Below are positions 32,632-45,097 of a DNA stretch of 64,000 nt, piece by piece. A program made the translations under genes and the position numbers. The stretch spans positions 1 through 64,000 of IMG/VR virus record IMGVR_UViG_3300044635_001663; one strand, 5' to 3'. This stretch comes from an uncultured virus (IMG/VR IMGVR_UViG_3300044635_001663) (Duplodnaviria > Heunggongvirae > Uroviricota > Caudoviricetes). The notes below the pieces were generated by a model. That model made no database searches. It saw nothing but the letters and a program-made list of their open reading frames with translations, and was not told the DNA's origin. Position 1 is the stretch's first letter; each line of letters begins with the position of its first letter.

Positions 32632-33222
32632 TTAGTATTTATTACTCTTAGAGAGATTCTCTTTAGCCCATAAAGGTTGCAAATTTGTATAATGAAAACA
32701 TTCTTTTTGTCGTTCTAAATCAGTTAAATCAAAACTAGAACAAGGTTTAACATGATCAATATGCCATTGTCCCATATTTTCCCATGTCATTCCATCTGTA
32801 AATTTAGATTCCAAATATATTTTTAATTCATTCCAGTTATTGCATCCAGTTAGACTTAAAGAACTACTAGCCTTATATCCATTTTTAATTGCATTTCTAA
32901 TTCTATTTCTACAATAGCAGGCTATTCTTGCTGATGGGTTTTTATCTCTATATTCTCTATGATACTGAGAACGATCATTAATTTTTCTCCAATCTTTATT
33001 CCATTGTTGAAACTTGTCTTTATTTTTTTCATAATATGTTTTTCTATATTCTGTCCTATCTCTAGTATCTTTATGAGTCGCTCTCCATTCTTGACTTATT
33101 TTTCTACAGCAAGATTTGCATTTAGCTATAATCCCTTTTTTACTGTTTGGTCTATGATCAGCATGATATTGACTTACTGGTTTTCTTATATTGCATTTAC
33201 TACATATTTGTGTTTTAGTCAT
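32632..33222 (-). CDS. HNH-type homing endonuclease
   Basis: N-terminal CxxC; WHIDHVKPC..CFHYTNLQPLW..NLSK; the only convincing minus-strand gene. Confidence 0.8.
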   Translation of the reverse strand: MTKTQICSKCNIRKPVSQYHADHRPNSKKGIIAKCKSCCRKISQEWRATHKDTRDRTEYRKTYYEKNKDKFQQWNKDWRKINDRSQYHREYRDKNPSARIACYCRNRIRNAIKNGYKASSSLSLTGCNNWNELKIYLESKFTDGMTWENMGQWHIDHVKPCSSFDLTDLERQKECFHYTNLQPLWAKENLSKSNKY

Positions 33223-33346
33223 ATTATTCTCCTAACACAGTCCGATACTCATTATTACACCAATCGTCCACGATAGAGAAAAAATAAAGATTGACACGCA
33301 GGTTTGTCGATGATACAATACGAGCATCAAACAAGGAGTTATGTGA

Positions 33347-34261
33347 ATGGGTAAAATTGGCCTTTGTTGTATCTCTCTCAAACTTAAAGAACAAGGTTTT
33401 GGTCATCAGACCATGACATTCAAGCGTTTTAACTCTTTGCCGCGAGAAGAAGCACTAGAAATTCTTGGATCACGAATCCAAAACAATTTGATGGTTACTG
33501 ATAAGACTATTCAGTTTTGTGCAGAAAATAATTATGTTTATCGTGTTAGTAGCGATATTTTTCCACTAATTACTTATGATGAAGCCAATGTATCTCTTGA
33601 AGATTTACCCAATCACGACCTTATTCAAGACGAGTTTGATAATATTGCACAAACTATTACCAATACTAATGTTCGTGTTTCTTGTCATCCTAGTGAATTT
33701 AATAGTTTATCAAGCCTCAATCCACAAGTTGTCGAAAAAACAATTACGGAACTCAACTTCTACAGTAGTTTCTTTGACAGAATTGGACTTCCGGCAGATC
33801 GTAGATCGCCCATGAATTTTCATGTTCACAATAATAATGGAACTAGAGAAGAAATTGCTCACAGATTTTATGAAAACTTTAAAAAACTGGACGAAAACTG
33901 CCAAGCCCGTATCACAATCGAAAATGACGACAAACTTAATTGCTGGAGCGTTAAAGAATTGGTAGATATTTTTCATCCAATTACAAGAATCCCAATCTGC
34001 TTCGATTATCTTCATCACAAATGTCATTCTAATAATTTGACAGAATGTGAAGCTATTAATATGTGCTGGGATACTTGGCAAACCACTCCTCTATTTCATT
34101 ACAGTGAGAGTCGCCCAGGTAATAATCCACGAGCACATTGTGATGTTCCTACTCAGCCTTTTGATACTTATGGTCTAGAATTTGACGTTGATTTTGAGGT
34201 CAAAGGTAAAGATTTAGCTATTGCCGAATATAATGAAACTTTAACTACACTTTATAAATAA
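33347..34261 (+). CDS. uvsE: UV DNA damage endonuclease
   Basis: YRVSSDIFP, SCHP, IENDDK, PICFDYLHH, FHYSES, AH-D, EVKGKDLA. Confidence 0.92.
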   Translation: MGKIGLCCISLKLKEQGFGHQTMTFKRFNSLPREEALEILGSRIQNNLMVTDKTIQFCAENNYVYRVSSDIFPLITYDEANVSLEDLPNHDLIQDEFDNIAQTITNTNVRVSCHPSEFNSLSSLNPQVVEKTITELNFYSSFFDRIGLPADRRSPMNFHVHNNNGTREEIAHRFYENFKKLDENCQARITIENDDKLNCWSVKELVDIFHPITRIPICFDYLHHKCHSNNLTECEAINMCWDTWQTTPLFHYSESRPGNNPRAHCDVPTQPFDTYGLEFDVDFEVKGKDLAIAEYNETLTTLYK

Positions 34262-34737
34262 GGAGATACAAGATGGCCCAAATCGGTGCAATTTCTATTA
34301 GTCCAAATGTTAATACTCAAGCAATGATCAGCTTGCTTAAAGAAGATAAGAAGATTACTATTGGTCAGGAACAGACTGCTGCTGATGGTACTAAATATAT
34401 TCCAATAGAGAAAAATTAAAATGTCAGCTAACCTTATTCTTATCACTGGCTTGATTTATCTTTATATAGCCGTGGAACAAGGTTATCTACACAATAACTA
34501 TGGTATGTTTATAGCTTATCTTGGTTATGCAGCAGCTAATGTTGGATTATATATGTTAGCTTCAAAATAAAGATATATTTATGAAAGAACCCAAAAGAAT
34601 TAAACTTAATCCAGAAACTCCAGTATCCAAAGAAATAACTAAATATAGACTAGAGCCATCTTCTGGTCAAGATAATGATGATATTTATACTCCTATTGAC
34701 TTGAGAAAAATAAACGAAACTTTGGATAACGCTGCAA

Positions 34738-35238
34738 ATGAAGATTTTGAAAACAGCAATTAAATTATCTTATGAGAGGTTTATACCTAACACCTTTCAA
34801 AGACGATATCATTTTGCTATAGCTTTCGATGGAAATAAACCCTTTTGTCTCAGCCAAAACAACCCGATAAAGGTTAATGCTAAGGCTTTTAGAATGGGAC
34901 AAAAGTTTAATATTCAAACATACAAGGAGTTCCCATATAGCCATGCTGAGTCTCATCTTGTTTCTCAATTACTTGATAGGTATAATTCCATTGATCCTAA
35001 TTGGTCAATTGTTGTTGTGCGAATTGGCAGAGATGGAAGAATGAGATTAAGTAAGCCTTGCGAGAATTGTGCAAAGATATTGGGCGCTGTTGGTTTAAAT
35101 GATGTTTATTGGAGTATTGGAGATAATCATTTTGAAGACAGTGACGATACTCAAATTACTATAGATAGTGATTACTTTTTTAAATACGCTAAGGGTAAGT
35201 TCTATGCTAAGAACAAGAGTTCATTACTGGTCATCTAG
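34738..35238 (+). CDS. zinc-dependent deaminase-fold protein
   Basis: HAE..SKPCENC motifs. Confidence 0.75.
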   Translation: MKILKTAIKLSYERFIPNTFQRRYHFAIAFDGNKPFCLSQNNPIKVNAKAFRMGQKFNIQTYKEFPYSHAESHLVSQLLDRYNSIDPNWSIVVVRIGRDGRMRLSKPCENCAKILGAVGLNDVYWSIGDNHFEDSDDTQITIDSDYFFKYAKGKFYAKNKSSLLVI

Positions 35239-36339
35239 TAAGTTCGCTGACTGGATTAGGGGTGAAAAAAAACCATTTGCTCTAGAATGGGGAGAATGGG
35301 ATAAATATTATAATGATCTAAAAAAGAGAAAACCATTTAGGTATTGGTTTACAGAAAAATTTTTACGCAGTTTACAAAATACTATTAATTTTCCATTAGA
35401 CGTTTACAAAGAAATCAGGTACTATATTTGTAATCGCTATATAGATAAAACCCACTATCTCAAAACAGGCTTAAATCCTGGACATTACTATGAATTTGAT
35501 TATCGTTTGATACATGGTCTTTTTAATGAACTGGTTGATTTTGTAGAGATTGAACTGGCCCATAGTATGACTTGGCAAAATAAAAATAAATACAAATTCA
35601 CAAACAGTCGTTGCGTTGATGCTGCTTATGATTATTTTAAGTGGGCAAATAACTTGAAGGTAAAAAGCGAAACAGGTAAAAGAGTTTTGAGTGACCAAGC
35701 AAAAGCTAGTCGTAAAATTAAAAAACTTTATGAATGGTGGAAATATCAAAGACCCAATAGACTTAGCCCAATGGAAAAAAGCGGTTGGAATAAAATATAT
35801 GATACTATGGAGTTAAATAATTTTAAAGATAAAGCTCCTAAAAATGCCCACAGAAACTATATGAAACTTGTCAAAATAGAAGAGGCATATGATCAAGAAG
35901 ATGAAGATATGATGGTTGAACTTATTAAACTCCGTAGGCATTTATGGACATAATATATGTTTGAACCAGAATGGATGGAATATTTTCAAAGAGAAGCTCC
36001 GTTTTCATATTACTGTATAATATTCCTTTCGTTCTTAGTAAGAATTCTATGGTATTTTTCTTATCTAATACTAATATTATTTATGGTTGTTCCTATCTTT
36101 ATGGTATACTCTGGCACAAAAGCCATAAAAATTAAATTGGTAGAAGATAAAAAACATAAAAAGTTACGCAAAGAAAAAGAGAAGCAGGAACAGCTTCATC
36201 AAAACCTATATTTAGATCATCTAGATAGAAATATAAAAAAGAAAAAGAAACACAAATAGTTTTTCAAGTCTGACAGTTGACAACTCCGATACCTATGGTA
36301 TAAAAGAAGCGTTATCGCTACCAGAGTTTTGGAGAAATT

Positions 36340-36558
36340 ATGAACTGCATATACTGTAAAAATTGTGTTGGTATTGAACGATATGAATTCCTTATCGAAA
36401 CTAATAGAAATATTGTTTGTAAAGAATGTTCAGCAGAAAAGAAAGCTGTAGGATTTATGGACTGGGGACATAAGACTGCACCAAGTTTGGTTATGGTTCC
36501 TAGTAACGCTAAAGAAACTATTCGTATTCTTGATAGAGCAAACAGGAGAGCTAGATGA
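36340..36558 (+). CDS. TraR/DksA-like C4 zinc-finger protein
   Basis: CIYC..ERYEFL..CKEC. Confidence 0.5.
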   Translation: MNCIYCKNCVGIERYEFLIETNRNIVCKECSAEKKAVGFMDWGHKTAPSLVMVPSNAKETIRILDRANRRAR

Positions 36559-39493
36559 ATAATATAACTTGGCTTGATCTATACAATTTCCTCTATAAAC
36601 AAACTCATGATCTCGATAATCTTGGTAAGTTTAATTGGAATGATCCAGTAATTATTCACGACGCTTCTACTGGAGAAGAACATTCATGTGATACATATTT
36701 TATTAGTGACGATAACAATAGAGAGTATCCTGTTCTCTCAATAAATATGGATAGTATTTTTACTGAAAACAAGAAGGGTAGGTTTTAATGGATTTTGAGA
36801 TCGAAAGACTACTATTTAGGCAAGTAGAAAAACCTAAATATCATTTAATGACCAAAATTATTAATGTATTTCATGATTATTATCGTATCAATGTTTACAC
36901 CCAGATTGAAGAAGAAGGTTTGTTAAAGAAAAAGATTGCACAAAGTTATATGACTACCTTTAGGAATAACACCCTAACTATTATTCCTGATCCAGATAAA
37001 AAGCCAGATGATCTTAAAAAGAAAAGGTGAGTTATGCCGATAGCAACTTTAAAATTTAAACTACCAGAAGAACAATACGAGTTTGATACTGCTATTCAAG
37101 CTGGTGATGCTAAAAGAATGTTGTGGGATTTTTCTCAACAACTACGATCTTGGCAGAAATACAGCAATGATTTTACCGACGCGGGCGATGCTCTTGACAA
37201 GATTAGATCAGAATTTCACAGATTAGTTACAGAATATAATATCAACATAGACTAAGGAGATTATTATGCCACTATTTGAAGTTAATACCGTTTCTTTGTT
37301 TCGTCATAAGTATGTTATTGAGGCTAAGAGTCTTGAACACGCATATGATACTGTATTGATTGATAAGCCAGAAGAATTGACCCAAAAACATCTTGAAGAA
37401 ACTATTCTTGATGGTCGAAAGATTGGTCGAAAAGAATTTGAAAGACTTTGCGATGAATCTCTTAACGATAGTACAGAATTGAGTAATGCTCATCTTGGAA
37501 CACGAATTATACACAAGGTAGACTATAATGAGTCCTGAACTAACAGCTAAATTAATTTCAGCCTATCCTGAACAGTTTAAAAATCTTACATGGATAGAAT
37601 GTGGGGATGGTTGGTTTAATATCCTATCCAGGCTATGTTATATTGTAGATAATCGTCTTCATTACAAGCAAAAGATTAATGAGCCTCTAGATTTTTTTTA
37701 TTGGAGTCAGATTAAAGAAAAGTTTGGCGGGCTAAGAGCCTATGCTTATGGTGCTGATGAGTTTATTAGAGGAGCAATAGAAATGGCAGAAAGTATGAGC
37801 TATATAACTTGTGAAGTTACTGGAGAAAGAGGAAAGCTTCGTAAACAAAGAAGAGACGATGAAGGAGAGCCGGTTATGGCATGGATAAAAACCCTTTGTG
37901 ATAGTGAAGCAGAAAAAGAGGGCTATATCGTCTAAAATTAGTGACTAAAAAGAAAAATTCGTGAACATTCTAAAGATTCTCTCTTGACAGTGCCGATAAT
38001 TGAGTTATACTTAGGGTGTAACGTCAACAAACACAGGAGAAAAAGAAAATGGGTAAGGGTCAAAAAACTTGTGAAAAATGTGGAGCTACCACAGGCCCGC
38101 GAGCTTATATGTGTCCTAAGTGCAATGCTCCTTTCGTTTTTAAGGCAAAGAGCAAAGAAGCAAAGAACACAAAGATCATTCGTGACTTTAATTGGAAAGA
38201 ACTTGTAAAAGGAGATAGAATCAGAGTGGGTGGAGGCCCATACTTTGTGAGAGGTGCAGACTTCATCCCTATGGGATATAGGGGTCGTTTTGTTGTGGAA
38301 GGAATTGATCAGCATGGAATTAAAGCATGGGGGCTGGACAAACACCAAGGCTTTTGTCACATCTATATGGGGCCAGACATTCAGAACAAAGAAACCCATG
38401 TTTGGAAAATTAAGCATAAGCTTATGAAACTCAAACCGAAGGTTGAGGCTTAGTATGATTCTTACTCAAGAACAAAAAGATCAAGTTAATAATCTCGTGA
38501 ATTGTCGAGATCAAATTACTAACAAAGTATTGGAAATTGAAAATATTCTGAAGGCTTATTTTCCAGAAGAACTTGAACGAGCCAACCAGTTTTATCTACC
38601 TCAAATTATTACTGCTCTTTATGAGCATAAAAAGTTGCTAAGTAGAGGAGAGTATAGTTTACAGAACACCATTGATAAACTACTGGAACTGTCGAGAAAC
38701 TCTGAACAAGATACTGGAGTAAAAAAGTTTTTTTAAATTTTGGGGTATTACATATTATGTCTGAAGATACATATTCGATAATGGATTTGCAAGGGTATGC
38801 TGATTCTATAAGAAAGGCTGCCGCAGAATCTTTTGTTGATTATAATGATAACGACAATTTGAATGACTATATAACCATTAATCAAACAATTAATATTATT
38901 GTTGGTTATAGTTTGGGACAAGACGAAGAAGGAAATTATTTGGTTAATGAAGAAGTATTTAATGATACTTTTGAAGATATTAGAGATTGGATTTTTCATA
39001 CAGGATTGTCAAAATTAGCAGCAAAAGATTTAATCGAATGTGCGTGGGACGATAATTCAAATGAAATGATTTTCTGGTTAAATAAAGATGAAAAACAACC
39101 AAAACCATCAGATAACAGAAATTAAACTAGAAATAGATCACATCAAAGAATATCTACAAACAGAGGTTTGTAAAAAATGCGAAGAAATGTCTCTAAAACT
39201 TAATGAGTGTGAAATATTACTAGAAAAAATATTACAAAATCAATGAAAAACATACAACCTCTTACAATCATTTTTTTAGGTCTTTTCTTATGCTCTCTGG
39301 GATTTAATATAGTATATCACAAAGACAACCAAAGACTGATTTATCAAATACAAAAAATGGAAGCAGGACCGGCAAGGGGTTTGTTTTTAGAACCAAATGT
39401 TCCCAAACCTAAAATCTCTGATGAGGAGCTAAACGAGTTAATGAAACAGATTATTAAAAAATTTACCAAAGAACGAACGGTGTAAATATTTAC

Positions 39494-39840
39494 GGGCTAG
39501 TAAAGGTATCGACAGGTAAAATAGGTATAGATAGCATCGACTGGTTAATCGACCGGCCAGTTTAAAAGTCGATTAAATTTGTTAATTGGCAAGACAACTC
39601 TTGCCCTCGCTGCCTAATTAGGTGACGAGTGGGGCGGCATGAGCCTTATTACCAAATCATGCTGACTCCGATAATCGGATATGGTAGTCCTACCAGACAT
39701 AAATGGGAATGATGATTGTACTCAATCTGACACAGATAATTCTGATAGCTTTGTTGGTAGTGTGATAACAACCAACTAACGATGTAGAAATTTATATTGA
39801 TGTTTATTCTGGACGCGAGTTCGACTCTCGCCTAGTCCAC
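39494..39840 (+). ncRNA. ssrA: tmRNA, tag (A)GKTTLALAA
   Basis: Acceptor GGGCTAG/CTAGTCC with G3-U70, T-arm GCGAG-TTCGACT-CTCGC, tag reading frame 39588-39617 ending LALAA*. Confidence 0.92.
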
Positions 39841-40407
39841 TTATATTATGATAAATTCTAATGACGTAATTTCACATACTGTAAATACAGAATTTACACA
39901 GTTGATAATATCTAATGCTAAAAAAGCAGAGATTGGAGGAAAGTCTCAAATTAGAGACTCTAATAAAAGAGCATCTAATTTAGCAGAAGATCAATTGGTT
40001 GGACAAATATCGACCTATTGTGCGTCGATGATCCTTACTGGTTCTTCAGAGGGATATATTCAAGCAAGAGAAAAAGCAAATGCTAATCCTCTCACTGGAG
40101 ACAATGGAGTAGATATAGTTGGATTACCTAATGTGGATATTAAAGGTAGTCTGATGAGATATTCTAATAATCCTCTTAACTATAGATTATTAGTTCGACC
40201 AAAAGAAAGACACAAAAATTGGATTTATGTATTGGCATTAGTTCCAAAAGAAAGACCATATAAAACATATCTTGTTGGCTGGGCCAATGATAATGATCTG
40301 CCATCAAAACCTTATGATGGAGAAATAATATCTTTACATGGGGCATATGTTATTGAGGCTAAAAATTTAAGGAAAATTGAAGAATTAATTTCTCTTCAAA
40401 TATAATT

Positions 40408-40752
40408 ATGTCTAGAAAAATTTGTTCATACTGTGGTAAGCGTAAAAATAAAGGAAGCTTTCCTAAACACAGTATGTACAAAGATAATTTAGATAGTAGG
40501 TGTAGAAAATGTGTTAAGAAACATTCTAAAATTAGAGTCAAGCTTCATAAAAAAGCTCCACCAAAACCAGACGTTTGTGAGTGCTGTAAAAAAATTCCTT
40601 ACAAATGGTGCTTAGATCATGATCATGATGATAATAGTTTTAGAGGATGGTTATGTGAGCCATGCAATACTGGAATAGGAAAACTTGGTGATGATATAGC
40701 TGGAATTACCAATGCTATGAATTATTTTCTTTCAAGACCAAATCGCAAATAG
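40408..40752 (+). CDS. recombination endonuclease VII family protein
   Basis: LDHDH..RGWLCEPCNTGIGKLGDD. Confidence 0.85.
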   Translation: MSRKICSYCGKRKNKGSFPKHSMYKDNLDSRCRKCVKKHSKIRVKLHKKAPPKPDVCECCKKIPYKWCLDHDHDDNSFRGWLCEPCNTGIGKLGDDIAGITNAMNYFLSRPNRK

Positions 40753-40813
40753 ACGATACTTGACAAGAGGACTTCCGTATGGTAGAATTGGAACAACACA
40801 GGAGAAAATAAAA

Positions 40814-42115
40814 ATGTCGTTTGAGCATCTTAATGGTTTTGTTCGTGATCTGAAAGCAACTAGTAGTACACTTGATAAGGTTGGCATTATTGAGGATTAT
40901 ACTTCCTCTAATGAGAGTGGAGCAAATTTTCTTAAAAAGATTCTGCTCTATACTTATCATCCTCTTTGGCAGTATAATGTGACTAGTGATAATCTTAAAA
41001 AGAAAAGTCATCTGCGTGGTAAAGTATACAAGTCTATATTTGACCTATTGGATGCTTTGAAGAATAGAGAAATTACAGGTCATGATGCCATTGGAGCAGT
41101 TAATAGCTTTATTGACAACCAAAGAGAATACGAAGAACTTGTTCATTGCATCATTGACAAGGATTTGAAAACCCGTGCTGGAGATAAGCTAATTAACAAG
41201 GCTATTCCAGATCATATCCCAACATTTAGTGTTGCTCTAGCGGACAAGTATGTTCCTAAAATTGTAGACTGGAAGGATGGATGGTATGTTAGCAGGAAGA
41301 TCGACGGTGCTAGATGTATTGCTATTGTTGATAGTAATGGCAATACTACCTTTTATTCCCGCACGGGAAAAATCTTTGATACTCTTGATATTGTTAGCGG
41401 TGGGATTAAAGCTTTGGGACTTACTAATGTAGTTCTTGATGGAGAGCTTTGTCTGGTTGATGAAGATGGTAATGAGGATTTTCAAGGAGTAATGAAAGAA
41501 CTTCGCAAGAAAGATCATACTATTCCTAATCCTTCCTATAAGATTTTTGATATGATTACTCATGATGAGTTTTATAGCCAGAAGGGAGAGAAGAATAGAC
41601 CATTTAGTATCAGACTCAAGAATCTTACAGAAGTAATGAAAAAGAATGAATGTCCTTGCTTGACACTGTTGGAACAATCTTTGGTGAAGGATGAGAGTCA
41701 CTTTCAAGAGTTTGTGACCGAATCCAATCAGAATGGATATGAGGGGCTTATGCTTCGATCTGACGCTCCATATAAAGGTAAACGATCCAAAGACCTATTG
41801 AAGTATAAAGCGTTCTCAGATGACGAATACGAAGTTCTAGATACCGAAATGGGGCCATTCCGTTATGTTAAGGATGGTGCAGAATGTGAGGAGACTATGT
41901 TGAGTTGTGTTATGATTCAGCATAAGGGTCATACTGTAAGAGTAGGGTCTGGTTTTAGTATTGAACAAAGACAAGAGTTTTATAAGAATCCAAAGAAGAT
42001 TCTTGGAAAGCAAATAACTGTCCAGTATTTTGAAGAGACAGAGAATGAAAAGGGCGGTATTAGTCTACGATTCCCTACTTTTAAGATTCTTCATGGAGAA
42101 GAAAGAGACATATAG
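40814..42115 (+). CDS. ATP-dependent DNA ligase
   Basis: KIDGAR motif I, LDGEL, EGLMLR, LLKYK, VGSGF, SLRFPTF. Confidence 0.95.
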   Translation: MSFEHLNGFVRDLKATSSTLDKVGIIEDYTSSNESGANFLKKILLYTYHPLWQYNVTSDNLKKKSHLRGKVYKSIFDLLDALKNREITGHDAIGAVNSFIDNQREYEELVHCIIDKDLKTRAGDKLINKAIPDHIPTFSVALADKYVPKIVDWKDGWYVSRKIDGARCIAIVDSNGNTTFYSRTGKIFDTLDIVSGGIKALGLTNVVLDGELCLVDEDGNEDFQGVMKELRKKDHTIPNPSYKIFDMITHDEFYSQKGEKNRPFSIRLKNLTEVMKKNECPCLTLLEQSLVKDESHFQEFVTESNQNGYEGLMLRSDAPYKGKRSKDLLKYKAFSDDEYEVLDTEMGPFRYVKDGAECEETMLSCVMIQHKGHTVRVGSGFSIEQRQEFYKNPKKILGKQITVQYFEETENEKGGISLRFPTFKILHGEERDI

Positions 42116-42119
42116 AATT

Positions 42120-43115
42120 ATGCCACCAGCATGGAAAGAGCTAGGTTTTAGAACTTATGATGCCTATATAAAGTCTAGGCTCTGGTGGAATATAAGGCAA
42201 CTAGTCTTAGAACGAGATGGTAGATGTTGTCAGGTTTGTGGTACTCCTTCTAAAACCATTCATCATATAGACTATACTAAGACAGTGATGCTTGGACAAG
42301 GAGATCAGCATCAGCTAATTACTTTATGTGAACCTTGTCATGTTTTTGTAGAACAAGATAAGAATCTCTTGCAAAAAAGATATCTTCTCAATAAATTATT
42401 TACAGAAAATAGTAGTACAACATTAGACGGATGGCAAGTATGGGCTGAACAATTTAATACAGACATAGGGTACGATAAAAACAGACTATTTGAATCAAAA
42501 CGTAAAAAAGAGAAATACAAAAAACATAAAACAAAAAAACAAGAACAACAACCAAAAGTTATTGAAACAAAACCAATAGCATTAAACCTCAGAGATGAAA
42601 TCGACCAATTTATTAAAGGTCATAAAAAGAAAAAACAAAAGAGAGAAGAACATCATAAAACCCTTCGTCCTGCTACTGAAGAAAGCAAGAAAGAATTTAT
42701 TACCAATACTGTTCGCAAATACAGTAGAAAAAGCAAAAAAAATATTAGGAGATATTTAGATAATCATAGACCGCTAATAGAATTACTGTTTAATCATCCT
42801 GAGGCAAGTGATAAGCTAAAAAAAACTATTGCTGAACATCCATATTTCATTAAAGAATCAAGAAAAAATAATGACACAGAGGAACAAAAAAGACAACGCA
42901 GAGACGAAGAATATCGAAAGAAAAAACAAATAGAACAGGAAGAAATTGTTCAGATTCTTCACCAACAAGAATACCAAAAACAAAAATCAAAGAAAAAAAG
43001 AGTAGCTTTGTTTGGTAAACTACCATTATGGGAAGGAAATCATAAGACTATCATACCCGAACAAAAAAATCCATTAATGAAATATGTCAAGGAAGTAAAG
43101 GATAAAACTAATTGA
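42120..43115 (+). CDS. HNH endonuclease with basic C-terminal extension
   Basis: VLERDGRCCQVC..HHIDY..LITLCEPCH. Confidence 0.8.
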   Translation: MPPAWKELGFRTYDAYIKSRLWWNIRQLVLERDGRCCQVCGTPSKTIHHIDYTKTVMLGQGDQHQLITLCEPCHVFVEQDKNLLQKRYLLNKLFTENSSTTLDGWQVWAEQFNTDIGYDKNRLFESKRKKEKYKKHKTKKQEQQPKVIETKPIALNLRDEIDQFIKGHKKKKQKREEHHKTLRPATEESKKEFITNTVRKYSRKSKKNIRRYLDNHRPLIELLFNHPEASDKLKKTIAEHPYFIKESRKNNDTEEQKRQRRDEEYRKKKQIEQEEIVQILHQQEYQKQKSKKKRVALFGKLPLWEGNHKTIIPEQKNPLMKYVKEVKDKTN

Positions 43116-43651
43116 CCAGTTTCCGGTATGGTGTATAAAAATATCCCACCTTACTGGAGACATTAAATGATTAAAGTTGTTCTTCGCTCTCTCATATATC
43201 CATGGTTTATATTATTCACAGGATTCTCTATAGGTTTTATATGTAATTCTGAATGGGTAGGAACAAAATATGTTATTGTAGAAAGATCTATCAGGAACAT
43301 CTTTTTTCCTTTGGAATATAATCCAGAAATAGAGGGTCACATAAAACAAATTGGAGCTATGAGAGTATGGTCAGAATTAGAGTGTCCATCAGAATTTGAA
43401 ATTCTTGAAGATGTAGTAAAAGGAGAAGAATTTTATTGGGCAATATGTCAATACAAAGACAAAAATGGTAAAATCATAAAAACCATACGAAGCACCAGAG
43501 TAAAATGGAAAACCTGGGAATATTACTACAAGCTTGATGAAATTTTAGGAGAAAAAAAGAAATAAGCGAACTCAAGAATCGTGACTTGACAAGCCGATAG
43601 GACTAGTGTAGAATCTCAGTATACACTTTGGAACTAACTTTTGAGGACATT

Positions 43652-44350
43652 ATGACAGACATTGTTGTTGAGAAAAAGCCAGTTGTGATGAGTACCAGTA
43701 AGGCCGACGAGTTTTTTAAGAATTTTCCAAAGGATAAAGTAGTAGCCTACAAGGACTATTGGGAAACTGTTCGACCCAAGACTGACGAAGATATTTTTCG
43801 TCGCTATCTCTTTGCGTATTGCAGTGTTCACACAACTTGGCAGGGCAATGTCAAGGGATATAACGCTATCAAGAATTTTAGCGAATGGGTAGATAGTAAG
43901 GAAGTTCTTTTGGAAAAACTCCACAAGAGCGGCGTTGGTTTGCACAATAATCGTACCACTTATATTTGGGATTTTAGCACCAAGTTTTGGGCTAATCCTA
44001 AAGATTTTTATCTGACAACAAAGAAGTACCACGTTAAGAAACGAGATAGTATTCTGAATAAGATTAGTGGTATTGGACTGGCTAAGATTAGCTTTGCTCT
44101 GGAGATGATTCATCCTAATGAGGCTAGGGTACTCTGCGGAGATATTCATCAACTGAGGCTTTACGATGTTGAGGCTCTTAAATACAATAAGAGTAAGGTT
44201 GGGTCACAGATTTATAAAAAGATGGAGCGTCACTGGATGGTTAACTGTGGTAAATTGAAAGTCCCATCTTATGTAGCAAGGTCGATCTATTGGGATGATT
44301 TGCAAAAGAAAGAAGATAGTCGCTACTGGAGCTATGTACTAGAATCATGA
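43652..44350 (+). CDS. HhH-GPD DNA glycosylase (8-oxoG glycosylase/lyase-like)
   Basis: ISGIGLAKISF helix-hairpin-helix followed by DIHQLR. Confidence 0.65.
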   Translation: MTDIVVEKKPVVMSTSKADEFFKNFPKDKVVAYKDYWETVRPKTDEDIFRRYLFAYCSVHTTWQGNVKGYNAIKNFSEWVDSKEVLLEKLHKSGVGLHNNRTTYIWDFSTKFWANPKDFYLTTKKYHVKKRDSILNKISGIGLAKISFALEMIHPNEARVLCGDIHQLRLYDVEALKYNKSKVGSQIYKKMERHWMVNCGKLKVPSYVARSIYWDDLQKKEDSRYWSYVLES

Positions 44351-44560
44351 GTCCTATAAGATTTCCTAGAGTTGCTATTCTGAAAGATAGTGAGATTATA
44401 GAATATGGATATCTCAATAAAGATATGCCTCAAAATGATGGGTCGTATTTGTATGAAATTTATGGGGATTCTGCAAGGACTTATCTCCTAAAAGGAGAAG
44501 AGTTTTTATATGTTAGAGAAACGGAATCCGATTCAAAATAATTCAAAAGGAAAAATATTT

Positions 44561-45097
44561 ATGGAAGATTTACTACATTCATTTTTAGAAAAACACGTTC
44601 AACAGTATAATGTCCAAAAGTATCTAGAGATAGGAACTAGAGAAGGAGATTCTTTAAGAAGGGTAGTTTTCAATAATCCTAATCTTACAGATGTTTTTGT
44701 TGCTGATATGTGGGGAGGTCTTTATGGTGGAACAGCAAGAAACTCCAATAATCATATCAATAGCCTACTGCAATATCTTGGTTATAATAACTCAGTGACA
44801 TTTCTAGATGGAGATAGTAAAGAAACTATACCTCCACTTTCAGATAGTCATAAGGATTTCTTTGATCTGATTTTGGTTGACGGAGATCATTCTTATGAAG
44901 GAGGTATGATTGACCTAGTTAATGTGCTTCCATTATGCAAGTCTGGAGGGTTCATACTATTTCATGACATAATTCATCACGCCCATCTATATCTAGAACA
45001 GTGTTTTGATGAGTTTGTGGAGAACCACAAAGACAATATCAAGTATGCTGCAAAAATTAAAGAGCATTTAGGTATTGGAGTTATTATCAAACAATGA
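44561..45097 (+). CDS. class I SAM-dependent methyltransferase (Methyltransf_24-like)
   Basis: LEIGT..G.S, DLILVDGDHSYEG, GGFILFHD. Confidence 0.85.
   Translation: MEDLLHSFLEKHVQQYNVQKYLEIGTREGDSLRRVVFNNPNLTDVFVADMWGGLYGGTARNSNNHINSLLQYLGYNNSVTFLDGDSKETIPPLSDSHKDFFDLILVDGDHSYEGGMIDLVNVLPLCKSGGFILFHDIIHHAHLYLEQCFDEFVENHKDNIKYAAKIKEHLGIGVIIKQ

Noticed and set aside
32632..33222. Group I intron or intein around the HNH gene
   Set aside because: It lies between two intact genes with no recognisable intron core, so a free-standing homing endonuclease is the simpler reading.
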